Positions 9,362 to 17,884 of a DNA stretch of 64,000 nt are shown one piece after another. The notes under the pieces were generated by a model that made no database searches, was not told where the DNA came from, and saw nothing but the letters and a program-made list of their open reading frames with translations. Source of the stretch: Thermodesulfobacteriota bacterium (lineage in GTDB: Bacteria > Desulfobacterota_D > UBA1144 > Nemesobacterales > Nemesobacteraceae); NCBI GenBank assembly GCA_965220925.1, contig OZ244851.1:1500040-1564039 (forward strand), written 5' to 3'. Position numbers and translations under genes: made by a program. Positions within the stretch are counted from its first letter, which is position 1. Each line of letters starts with the position of its first letter.

Positions 9362-12223
9362 TCAGATATCCCTGTGCCAGGTTATGCCGCTTTGTTCGTT
9401 TCCTTCCACGACCTTGTCTATACTGAAGGCCTGCTGTATGAGCAAGTCTTGGTTGTATTTGTGCATGGAGAAAAGTCCTTCCGACGGGCTTGAGTTGCGT
9501 TTTCTTCCTATGTAGCTTAGCGGAAAGCGTTTTTTGATGATCTTTCTTCTGAGAAAAGGCAGCATATATTTCCAAGCTCCGGCGTTTTGCGGTTCTTCCT
9601 GTACCCAAACTATCTCTTCAAGTTTAACATACCTTTCGATAATCGCGGCTACTTCTTCTTTGGGTCTCGGATAAAGCTGCTCAACTCTGGCTATCGCCAC
9701 ATCGGGAGATTTCCCCCTGAGTTCGCTTGAAATCAGATCAACGTATACCTTGCCGCTGCAAAGAATCAGTCTTCTCACCTTTTTAGCCTGTCTTGCGCTC
9801 ATGGGGTCGTCGATTACCGGAATCCATTTTCCGTTGGAAAGATCGTTAAGAGACGAGTTGATCATCGGATTTCTCAATAACCCCTTCGGGGTCATTACGA
9901 TTAACGGCAAAGGATCTTTTTCGAGCAGGAGAGCTTGTCGGCGCAACACGTGAAAAAACTGCGCGGATGTCGTACAGTTCACTATCCTCATGTTGTATTC
10001 CGCGGCCGACATAAGAAACCTCTCAAGCCTACCGCTTGAGTGATCCGGACCTTGTCCCTCGTAACCGTGTGGGAGCAGCAGAACCAAAGACGGAGTCTGT
10101 CCCCATTTCGCCCTCGCCGATACCAAATATTCGTCCACTATGGTCTGAGCTCCGTTTATGAAATCTCCGTACTGCGCTTCCCATATCACAAGACAGTTTC
10201 TTTTCTGGATGCTGTAACCGTACTCGAAGCCAAGACACGCGTTTTCGCTGAGCGGGCTGTTTTTTACTTCAAAAGGCGCCTTTGCATGAGGGATTTCCTG
10301 AATAGGAACGTGCGTTTTACCGGTTTCCGAATCGTGAAGTACTGAGTGACGATGGCTGAAAGTACCTCTTTCGCAATCCTGACCGGTCAGTCTTATGGGA
10401 ATTCCTTCCGCGACTATGGACGCGTAAGCGAGTTCCTCGGCCGCCGCCCAGTCAATTGTTCTTTCCTTAGGATCGTCAAGGATATTTTTTCTTCTGTCGC
10501 GTATCCTTGCGATTTTGGAATTCACGGAAAATCCTTTGGGAACCGAAAGAAGAGAGTCGTTTAATTCGCGAATAATTTTCGCCTGTACTTTCGTTATCAT
10601 TTTTTTCGCCGCCTGAGGCTCCGGCGAAGGAGCGGTCGATTCTTCGGGAGGTTCGTCTGGAGAAATTGATTCAAATTCATCCATCATCTTCCGCATATAC
10701 TTTTCTTCAAGCTTCTCCGTCTCTTCCCGCGTGACGGCTTTTTTCCCGACAAGCTTCTCCGCCCAGATTTTTCTTACCGTCGGATGACTGCCTATCTTTT
10801 TGTAAATCATGGGCTGAGTGAAGCTCGGTTCGTCGGCTTCGTTGTGACCGTATCTTCTGTAGCCGACAAGATCTATTAAAAAATGCTTTTTGAATTCTTG
10901 CGTGTAACCGAAGGCAAGCCTTATTGACTCTATGCAGGCGACGGGATCGTCCGCGTTCACGTGCACAATAGGTATCTCGAATCCTTTGGCGAGGTCGCTT
11001 GCGTAAAGAGTGCTCCTGCTGTCTTCGGCAAGCGTCGTGTAGCCTAGCTGGTTGTTTGTGATTATGTGTATCGTCCCTCCGGTAAAATAAGCCGGGAGTC
11101 CCGAGAGATTAAGCGTTTCGGCGTTTATTCCCTGCCCCATAAACGCGGAGTCTCCGTGTATCTGCACGGGAATCGCTATGGATGGGTCAAATTCCGGCAG
11201 TCCCGCGCCGTTGTTTTTCATCCCGCAGGCTCTAGCCATTCCCTGCACAACCGGATTTACGGATTCCAAGTGACTGGGGTTGGGAACCATGGTTATCCGC
11301 ATGCTGCGGTCTAGTTGCTTGCCGCTTGGAATTTCCCTGCTCGCCGCTTCGTGGTATTTTACGTCGCCCGTCCATCCCATGTCGTCGGCGAAGTCTCTTT
11401 TTAAAACAGGGTCTTTGAACTTAAGCAGAGTGTACTTATAGGTTTTGTCCATAACGTGGTGCATAACGTTCAGTCTTCCCCGATGAGCCATTCCGAGGAT
11501 TATCTGGTGCATATCGACGTTTACCGCAAGATGTATAAGCTCGTTTAACATGGGCACCAGCATATCCACGCCTTCTATGGAAAACCGAAACTTTCCGGGA
11601 AATATTCTGTGGAGAAAATTTTCGAACACTTCGACTTTAGTGAGAGTTTCAAGAACCTCGACTTCGTCTACGGGACTTTTCGGAGGACGGTAGATGCCCG
11701 ATTCTATGGCTTCCCGCATCCACCTTCTTTCTTCGGCTTCGTATATGTGATCGTAGTTGTATCCCGTGGTGGAGGAGTAGATCTTTTTAAGCTTCCTTAT
11801 TCCGTCAAGCGCGTCGGAAGAATGCTCGGAAAGAGGCCAGCCTATAAGTGTCGATGGAAAGCGTTTGAAATCGTCTTCATTGAGTCCGAAAGTTTCGGCA
11901 TGCAAGGTAAGATCTCCATGAAGAGGTCCTCCGAGGGGGTCTATTTTGCTTTCCAAATGACCGTGCCGTCTAATTGCCTGCGCCATGTTGGCTATCGCGA
12001 CGGCGGTATCCACATCGTCTGTGGACGATCTTCTTTCGAGACCGTTTTTCCCGATTTCCGGTTCTATTTCAACTTTAACGTGAGGGTAGCCGTTATCGGG
12101 CTTCCATTCGTCGAACATCGCCTTGGTCGCGGGGTCTACCGACGAACTGTCTTTTACGTAACGTTCGTAAAGATCCATTACGTAACCGGAGTTAAATCCG
12201 TGAAAATTTTTCCAGATATTCAT
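9362..12223 (-). CDS. sucA: 2-oxoglutarate dehydrogenase E1 component
   Basis: 953 aa with length and motifs typical of OGDH E1 ([35 protein letters not shown]). Confidence 0.93.
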   Translation of the reverse strand: MNIWKNFHGFNSGYVMDLYERYVKDSSSVDPATKAMFDEWKPDNGYPHVKVEIEPEIGKNGLERRSSTDDVDTAVAIANMAQAIRRHGHLESKIDPLGGPLHGDLTLHAETFGLNEDDFKRFPSTLIGWPLSEHSSDALDGIRKLKKIYSSTTGYNYDHIYEAEERRWMREAIESGIYRPPKSPVDEVEVLETLTKVEVFENFLHRIFPGKFRFSIEGVDMLVPMLNELIHLAVNVDMHQIILGMAHRGRLNVMHHVMDKTYKYTLLKFKDPVLKRDFADDMGWTGDVKYHEAASREIPSGKQLDRSMRITMVPNPSHLESVNPVVQGMARACGMKNNGAGLPEFDPSIAIPVQIHGDSAFMGQGINAETLNLSGLPAYFTGGTIHIITNNQLGYTTLAEDSRSTLYASDLAKGFEIPIVHVNADDPVACIESIRLAFGYTQEFKKHFLIDLVGYRRYGHNEADEPSFTQPMIYKKIGSHPTVRKIWAEKLVGKKAVTREETEKLEEKYMRKMMDEFESISPDEPPEESTAPSPEPQAAKKMITKVQAKIIRELNDSLLSVPKGFSVNSKIARIRDRRKNILDDPKERTIDWAAAEELAYASIVAEGIPIRLTGQDCERGTFSHRHSVLHDSETGKTHVPIQEIPHAKAPFEVKNSPLSENACLGFEYGYSIQKRNCLVIWEAQYGDFINGAQTIVDEYLVSARAKWGQTPSLVLLLPHGYEGQGPDHSSGRLERFLMSAAEYNMRIVNCTTSAQFFHVLRRQALLLEKDPLPLIVMTPKGLLRNPMINSSLNDLSNGKWIPVIDDPMSARQAKKVRRLILCSGKVYVDLISSELRGKSPDVAIARVEQLYPRPKEEVAAIIERYVKLEEIVWVQEEPQNAGAWKYMLPFLRRKIIKKRFPLSYIGRKRNSSPSEGLFSMHKYNQDLLIQQAFSIDKVVEGNEQSGITWHRDI

Positions 12224-12630
12224 GCACCTTCCGCCTGTTTCTTAAGCGCAACCGCTTAGAATCATAGCACAAAAAAACATAAAGCAAACAGAAAAATTAT
12301 CCGGCTCAAACTTCCGAACCCGGTTTCGAAGCGTACCATTTAATAGAGAGGAATAGAGCGTATTTTTGGTTGCCATACCTAGCTATACAATCCTTATTAA
12401 AGTTATTATGGAAAAACCCGATAGAGAACTATCTAGAAGCGATCTGTTTTACGCGAGAAAACATTCTTGGTCATTTTGTTTCGAACCTGTAAAAGATATC
12501 CATAAATAATCATTTTTTTACGGATAAATGAAAAAGTTCCGCAAATTACCCGTTTTATTTCAAAGATACGGTCTTTGCGTAGACACCAAATGCGCACGCG
12601 CGACTTCACGCGGCATATTATCATTTGGTT

Positions 12631-13065
12631 TTAGTGCAATTGCGTTTTGTGTTTCTGAGAAATTTTTTCTACCCTACGGTAAATTACTTCGATCGGAATT
12701 CTGGTAATTAGAGAGTTTTCCAGATGCACGTCAAACCAATAAACACCCTGTTGCTTAATCGTAAAGTCTTCTACCGATACCTTAATGTGAACTCTGTGGT
12801 TAAAGGGCTTTTTAAACTCCACCTGTTCAGAAATTAGCGTATATTCTTCTTTTGAAGGAGAGACGGGTTTAACGGACACCTGCGCTTTCCCCGTATATTC
12901 TCCGGCTATAAGCCCTATAAACAGAGTTAAATTTAATGGGAATGAGGGCATTGTTTCCGCATCTCCTTCCACGTTAAGTTTGCCAGGTAAATTATGTACA
13001 TCCATTTTCCCGTCTTCCGGCATTGACGGACAAGCAAAGGCGATAAACAAGTAAGGTCCTTTCAT
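12631..13065 (-). CDS. Hypothetical protein, 144 aa, no family recognised
   Basis: A clean ORF preceded by GGAGG on the minus strand (complement of cctcc at 13077-13081). It is predicted to be beta-rich and has no recognisable catalytic motif. Confidence 0.5.
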   Translation of the reverse strand: MKGPYLFIAFACPSMPEDGKMDVHNLPGKLNVEGDAETMPSFPLNLTLFIGLIAGEYTGKAQVSVKPVSPSKEEYTLISEQVEFKKPFNHRVHIKVSVEDFTIKQQGVYWFDVHLENSLITRIPIEVIYRRVEKISQKHKTQLH

Positions 13066-13253
13066 TATTAATTAACCTCCCGCAATATAAATACTACCTT
13101 ATGTTTTGTCCGCTTAGAATTAAAGGAAGATGATTCCAGAAAGTCCGAGAAAGACTCGGCAATCGGAAGTGGAAGAGTAATAAGTTCAAACTACGTTTTC
13201 AAAGAAGACTCAACGGAAATCAAACCGTAAACTGATGCGCCTACCCGTGATGC

Positions 13254-15050
13254 TTAACCTTGTGGTTTTTCTCCCATTATGCTTATTCCGGCTTCAAGAA
13301 GTTGTTCCGGATCGACTTCCGACGGAGCTCCGGTAAGAGGGCATGAGCCTTTCTGGGTTTTCGGGAAAGCTATTACGTCTCTTATTGATTCTTCACGGGC
13401 GAGAAGCATAAGCAACCTGTCCAGACCAAGAGCTATACCTCCGTGGGGAGGCGCTCCGAATTCAAGCGCTTCCAGAAGAAAACCGAATTTTTCCCGCGCT
13501 TCTTCCTCTCCTATCCCTATTACTTCAAAAACTTTTTGCTGTATGTCCTTTCTGTGAATTCTCACGCTTCCCCCGCCTATTTCCACTCCGTTTAGAACTA
13601 TGTCGTAGGATTTCGAATTGACGTTTTTCGGGGAATTTTCGATTTTCTCCACATCCTCATCTTTGGGAGCCGTGAAGGGATGATGAACGGCGGTGTATCT
13701 TTTCTCATTGGCGCTGTACTTGAAAAGCGGAAAATCAACTACCCAGAGAAACGCAAACTCTTCTTGATCGATGAGACTTAACGTTTTTCCAAGACTCAGT
13801 CTTACGTTTGACATTACCTGGTTTACCGTTTCGATTGAGTCAGCTCCGAAAAACACAATATCCCCTTCTTCCATCTCCAAGGTTTCCGATAGAAGCTCTC
13901 GTTCTCGCTCGCTTAGGAATTTAACTATGGGCGACTGCCATTGTTCGCCACCGACCCTGATCCACGCAAGCCCCTTCGCCCCTAGAGAAATCGCGTATTC
14001 GGTAAGATCGTCTATTTCTTTTCTGGTGAGGTTTTCGGCTTTACCCTTGACGTTAAGAGCTTTTACAGCTCCGCCTTTGTCGACGGCCGAGCGAAACACT
14101 TTAAATTCCGAATCTTTGAATATCGAGGATATGTCTTTTAGCTCAAGACCGAACCTTGTGTCGGGGCAATCTGTTCCGTATTTCTCCATAGCTTCTTCAT
14201 ACGACATTCTCGGTATTGGAGAGGAGATATCGATTCCTTTGGTCTTTTTAACGATCGTCCGTATCATGTCCTCCACTATAGAAATTACGTCTTCTTCGGA
14301 GACAAAAGACATCTCCATGTCTATCTGGGTAAATTCCGGTTGACGATCGGCTCTTAAGTCCTCATCCCGGAAGCACTTAACTATCTGGTAGTATCTGTCG
14401 AATCCCGAAATCATTAAGGTCTGCTTCAATATCTGCGGCGACTGGGGAAGTGCGTAGAACTGTCCTTGATTAAGTCTGCTTGGAACGAGAAAATCCCTTG
14501 CTCCTTCGGGAGTCGATTTCGTAAAGTACGGGGTTTCGATTTCGAGAAACCCGTTTTCATCAAGGTAGTTTCTTACCGCCGAGGAAACTTTGTGGCGAAA
14601 AATGATATTATCCAGCATCGGCGGTCTTCTAAGATCGATATAGCGATACTTAAGCCTCAGAAGTTCGTCGGCGTTAACTTCGTTCTCTATAAGAAACGGT
14701 ATTACTTTAGAGGTGTTTAGAACCTTTATTTGCTCCGCCACCACTTCGATGCTGCCGGTTTTAAGATTCGGATTTACGGTTTCTTCCGTTCTCGGCGCGA
14801 CTTTTCCCCTTACCGCTATTACCCATTCGTCGCGAAGGTGTTCCGCGGTCTCGTGAATTTTTACGTCATGCTCCGGATTAAAAACTATCTGACAGAGTCC
14901 TTCCCTGTCTCTGATATCCACGAAAATCACCCCGCCGTGATCTCTTCTTGACTGCACCCACCCCATCAGAGTCACCGTGCGGTCAATATCGTCTTCGCCT
15001 AGACTTCCGCAAAGATCCGACCTTCTCCATTCTCCCATAAGTTCAAGCAT
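13254..15050 (-). CDS. aspS: Aspartyl-tRNA synthetase
   Basis: 598 aa class II aaRS. Motifs: GWV..RRDHGG.IF.D.RD (OB anticodon domain), FRDEDLRADRQPEFTQID, GGGSVRIH, GLDRL. Confidence 0.95.
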   Translation of the reverse strand: MLELMGEWRRSDLCGSLGEDDIDRTVTLMGWVQSRRDHGGVIFVDIRDREGLCQIVFNPEHDVKIHETAEHLRDEWVIAVRGKVAPRTEETVNPNLKTGSIEVVAEQIKVLNTSKVIPFLIENEVNADELLRLKYRYIDLRRPPMLDNIIFRHKVSSAVRNYLDENGFLEIETPYFTKSTPEGARDFLVPSRLNQGQFYALPQSPQILKQTLMISGFDRYYQIVKCFRDEDLRADRQPEFTQIDMEMSFVSEEDVISIVEDMIRTIVKKTKGIDISSPIPRMSYEEAMEKYGTDCPDTRFGLELKDISSIFKDSEFKVFRSAVDKGGAVKALNVKGKAENLTRKEIDDLTEYAISLGAKGLAWIRVGGEQWQSPIVKFLSERERELLSETLEMEEGDIVFFGADSIETVNQVMSNVRLSLGKTLSLIDQEEFAFLWVVDFPLFKYSANEKRYTAVHHPFTAPKDEDVEKIENSPKNVNSKSYDIVLNGVEIGGGSVRIHRKDIQQKVFEVIGIGEEEAREKFGFLLEALEFGAPPHGGIALGLDRLLMLLAREESIRDVIAFPKTQKGSCPLTGAPSEVDPEQLLEAGISIMGEKPQG

Positions 15051-15289
15051 GTAAACGGATATTCTTCCCAGGTAAAGAATTGGCTAAGGATACTAAATTG
15101 ATTCGCATTGGCAAGCTTGAAAGGAAGTTCCAAACGTTGGTTTTTTCTCTTATTCCATAATTGCGAAACGGTGCGATAGGAGGGGTATTTCGGTTTTTCC
15201 TCGCGGCTTGTTTTTTCGTCTTTTTTCAATAGAATTTAACCCGTAAAATCAAAATTTGTTCGGGTACTGAGAACAAGGAGCTCCGCTAA

Positions 15290-16063
15290 ATGAAAAAGGA
15301 AATTTTAAATAAAAGGAATCTGTTTTTTGCCGTTTCGCTCTGTCTGATTTTTCTCGTGGGCAGTTGCGCCGCGACTAGGACTCTGATAGAGAAAAGAAAA
15401 CTAAACGTTGAGACAAAAATGTCGGAAACGATTTTTCTTGAGCCGCTAGCTCCCGAGAAAAGAATAGTCTATGTCGATATAAAGAATACTACGGACAAAG
15501 AACTCCCCGACATCGAGAACACTATTAAAGGCAACATAGTCTCAAACGGTTTCAGGATTACCGAGGATCCGGGCGAAGCAAGTTACATTCTCCAGGCAAA
15601 TATTTTAAAAGTTGGGAGGACAGATATTGAGGAAGCGAATTATATGCTTGCGGAGGGTTATCAGGGAGTAGTCGAAGGCGCGGTTCTGGGAGGGGTTATA
15701 GGTGGCGCCTTGGGAGGAGATGTGGATGAAATTAACGAGGGTACGGTTATCGGAGCTATCGCGGGCGGAGTAGGGGGTTTCCTTTTCGACTCGCTTGTCA
15801 CCGACGTTCTTTTCACAATGGTTACCGATATTCAGGTTAGAGAGCGCGTTCAGGCGGGAGAGCTTGTTTCTCAAAGTCAGGACACCGACGCGTCTCAAGG
15901 TTCCTCAACTAAGATTAGGCAAAGTTCAAGCGTCAGCGACGTTAAATGGAAGATATACAGAACTAGAATTATAAGTGTTGCAAACAAGGCAAATTTGGAT
16001 TTCGAAGAAGCGAAGCCGCATCTTCAAGCTGGTCTTACCAGGTCGATAGGCGGGATTTTCTGA
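15290..16063 (+). CDS. traT: TraT-like outer-membrane lipoprotein (surface exclusion / complement resistance family)
   Basis: 257 aa with a lipobox (LVGSC). Long colinear matches to F-plasmid TraT as I remember it: KRKLNVETKMSETIFLEP; YILQANILK; MVTDIQVRER; YRTRIISVANKANLDFEEAKP.L...L..SI..I. Confidence 0.8.
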   Translation: MKKEILNKRNLFFAVSLCLIFLVGSCAATRTLIEKRKLNVETKMSETIFLEPLAPEKRIVYVDIKNTTDKELPDIENTIKGNIVSNGFRITEDPGEASYILQANILKVGRTDIEEANYMLAEGYQGVVEGAVLGGVIGGALGGDVDEINEGTVIGAIAGGVGGFLFDSLVTDVLFTMVTDIQVRERVQAGELVSQSQDTDASQGSSTKIRQSSSVSDVKWKIYRTRIISVANKANLDFEEAKPHLQAGLTRSIGGIF

Positions 16064-16064
16064 A

Positions 16065-16086
16065 CTTGTTTACGAAGACAAACAAG
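16065..16086 (+). terminator. Weak hairpin downstream of the traT-like gene
   Basis: A 7-bp stem (cttgttt / aaacaag) with an 8-nt loop, directly after the stop codon. The trailing U-tract is poor (cattgatt). Confidence 0.3.
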
Positions 16087-16197
16087 CATTGATTAAAATG
16101 GGAGTAAAATTCAAAAATGGATCATTTCTATTAATCTAATTCTCTAGCTTTCTGACAGTGTGGATGCAACAAAACCCGCTGGTACTGAAACTATCGC

Positions 16198-16232
16198 GTT
16201 GTGAATAGCGGGCAATTTTCAGTCAGTTAAAT
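16198..16232 (+). CRISPR. Solitary CRISPR repeat, same orientation as the array, 4,236 bp upstream of array repeat 1
   Basis: GTTGTGAATAGCGGGCAATTTTCAGTCAGTTAAAT. It is identical to the 36-nt consensus except that one A is missing from the terminal A-run. No further repeat was found upstream. Confidence 0.88.
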
Positions 16233-16235
16233 TTG

Positions 16236-16247
16236 GTGGCATGCCAC
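16236..16247. promoter_or_regulatory. Perfect 12-bp palindrome (candidate operator) centred on the ATG of the first cassette ORF
   Basis: GTGGCATGCCAC is its own reverse complement. It begins 4 nt after the solitary repeat and overlaps the start codon at 16241. Confidence 0.35.
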
Positions 16248-16450
16248 GTCTGTTGAGCAGAAAGGTATTTCGGACGACGGTCATGCTGAAGAGATTACAG
16301 CATAAACGAATTCTGGAAATGACTGTAGCAAACGACGCACCGATAGTATGGTTGCTACGCCACGCTTTCAACTTTTACTTGGAGAACCAGGGCGAACCGC
16401 CTCAAGGTTCGGACGTGAAGACCTGCCCATATTCCGGCAGTGATGTGTAA
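16241..16450 (+). CDS. Small protein (69 aa), possibly a ribbon-helix-helix (CopG/Arc-like) regulator
   Basis: The pattern is beta strand RTTVMLK, helix LQHKRILEMTVAND, then helix IVWLLRHAFNFYLENQ. It has no SD and lies 12 nt upstream of the SIR2 gene. Coding status is not certain. Confidence 0.4.
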   Translation: MPRLLSRKVFRTTVMLKRLQHKRILEMTVANDAPIVWLLRHAFNFYLENQGEPPQGSDVKTCPYSGSDV

Positions 16451-16462
16451 AGAAAGGCAGTT

Positions 16463-17884
16463 ATGACCGAGCAATCCAAATACCAGCTTCTTTCTCCTGT
16501 GTCCGCTGGGGAAAGCGAAGATTTGCTGGCAGGGAAACCTCCCGAAGATGCACTACGACGTATTCAGGCGCTCCTCGCTGATTGGTTCCGAATGGAAAAC
16601 GTCATTGTCTTGACGGCTGCCGGGTGCTCAGTCGGTGCCGGTGGTCGATTGATGGCCGGCCCTAAGACGAACAATCTCGAATGTCTTGTTATCGATGCAG
16701 TCGAGAAATGCAAGCTTCCTCAGAAGGCGGTGTCAATCATGCGCCATAGGAAGGAAACTTGGCCGACAGAAGAGGATGGTGGGCCCTTCGGGTTTGAAGA
16801 TTGGCTCAGCTACCTGTTCAATGCGTCAGGCCTGACGAACCCGGATAGCTCGCCGATCAAGGCGGTGATCTGGAAAGATGGCGTGCCAACGGACAGGAAA
16901 TCTTCTCTGATTCTCGCCGACAGTGATTTAGCTGAACTACATAAACTGCTCGAGAAGGCCATCTTCGCTGAATGCGCCCTCCAGATTGATCGTGGCGAGC
17001 TCTCAGGTACGAGCGACGGTCAGCCATCTGGCCATATTCCCTTTCTAGCGAAACTGATTGCCCGCGACACGAATCTCGGGCGGACCCATCTCTTCACACT
17101 TAACTACGACACCCTGTTTGAGCAGGCGATGGAAGAGCTGGGCATCCAATACTTTGACGGATTTTCTGGCGGAGCTAGCTCTCGCTTTGATCCAGCTGTT
17201 TATGGGCTTGATATTTATTACCCTGGCGATGTTTCCGAGGGGCGGGTTCGCCGCTTCGACAGATTTCTGCAATACTACAAGCTTCACGGTTCCCTGCATT
17301 GGTATATCGAAGATGACGGAATTTATCGCGCTCGCCACCGCGACCTGTCGTTTGCCAGCGACTACAGGAAACTCCCTGCTGAAGATAAGGCGGCAAAGCT
17401 ACAGTCGGAAGAATTCTCCAGAATCAGTTCCTTTGGCATCCTGCCAACCTCGCAGAAGTTCACTCAGACGTTTGACATGCCTTATGCGCATCTGTTCCGA
17501 CTCTTTCATGCACGCCTGAACCAACCGCAGACGTTCTTGCTTGTAATCGGATACGGTTTTGGCGACGACCATGTGACGCGGATCATCGAAACGGCCCTCA
17601 TGAATCCGTCTCTAGTAATGCTAGTTGTGGAGCCCAATCCAAAAGGCGCAATCGTGGAGAAAGTCCATCGCTATCAGAGCTTGGGTCAGAGGGCTTTTGT
17701 CCTGACTGAACGACTTGGTAAGGATGAAAACTGTTCATACAAAATCGCGACGTTCGCTGATTTCGCGCAGAACATCATGCCGGATGTAAAGTGGCTCGAT
17801 GACTACAGGTGCCTTCGTTCTTTTGAAGAGCAGCTTAGGAAGACAGAAGACAGGAAGTCGGGTGCCTCGGAGAGTGCCACCTAA
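16463..17884 (+). CDS. SIR2-family (SIR2_2-like) NAD+-utilising protein, effector of a SIR2-HerA defence system
   Basis: 473 aa. Rossmann start VLTAAGCSVGAGG, TLNYDTLFEQA (the NYD motif), catalytic-His motif YKLHGSLHW, and IGYGFGDDHV. Its stop overlaps the HerA start (TAATG). Confidence 0.85.
   Translation: MTEQSKYQLLSPVSAGESEDLLAGKPPEDALRRIQALLADWFRMENVIVLTAAGCSVGAGGRLMAGPKTNNLECLVIDAVEKCKLPQKAVSIMRHRKETWPTEEDGGPFGFEDWLSYLFNASGLTNPDSSPIKAVIWKDGVPTDRKSSLILADSDLAELHKLLEKAIFAECALQIDRGELSGTSDGQPSGHIPFLAKLIARDTNLGRTHLFTLNYDTLFEQAMEELGIQYFDGFSGGASSRFDPAVYGLDIYYPGDVSEGRVRRFDRFLQYYKLHGSLHWYIEDDGIYRARHRDLSFASDYRKLPAEDKAAKLQSEEFSRISSFGILPTSQKFTQTFDMPYAHLFRLFHARLNQPQTFLLVIGYGFGDDHVTRIIETALMNPSLVMLVVEPNPKGAIVEKVHRYQSLGQRAFVLTERLGKDENCSYKIATFADFAQNIMPDVKWLDDYRCLRSFEEQLRKTEDRKSGASESAT

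Noticed and set aside
8870-9493. A 207-aa plus-strand ORF spans the sucB/sucA junction.
   Set aside because: It is Ser/Cys/Phe-rich and low-complexity, and it is antisense to two strongly supported genes.
12224-12630. A 400-bp AT-rich intergenic region upstream of sucA contains a 63-aa minus-strand ORF (12433-12624).
   Set aside because: The ORF has no RBS and a basic, low-information sequence. I could not recognise any riboswitch, tRNA or sRNA signature by eye, so the region is left unannotated.
16064-16099. A sequence ending in GATTAAAAT resembles the repeat 3' end (CAGTTAAAAT).
   Set aside because: Only about 14/36 identities are found over the full repeat length, and the spacing to the solitary repeat (98 bp) does not fit the array period. 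It also overlaps the traT-like terminator hairpin.
16132-16167. This is the expected position of a further repeat one unit (66 bp) upstream of the solitary repeat.
   Set aside because: Position-by-position comparison with the consensus gives only about 11/36 identities, which is chance level.
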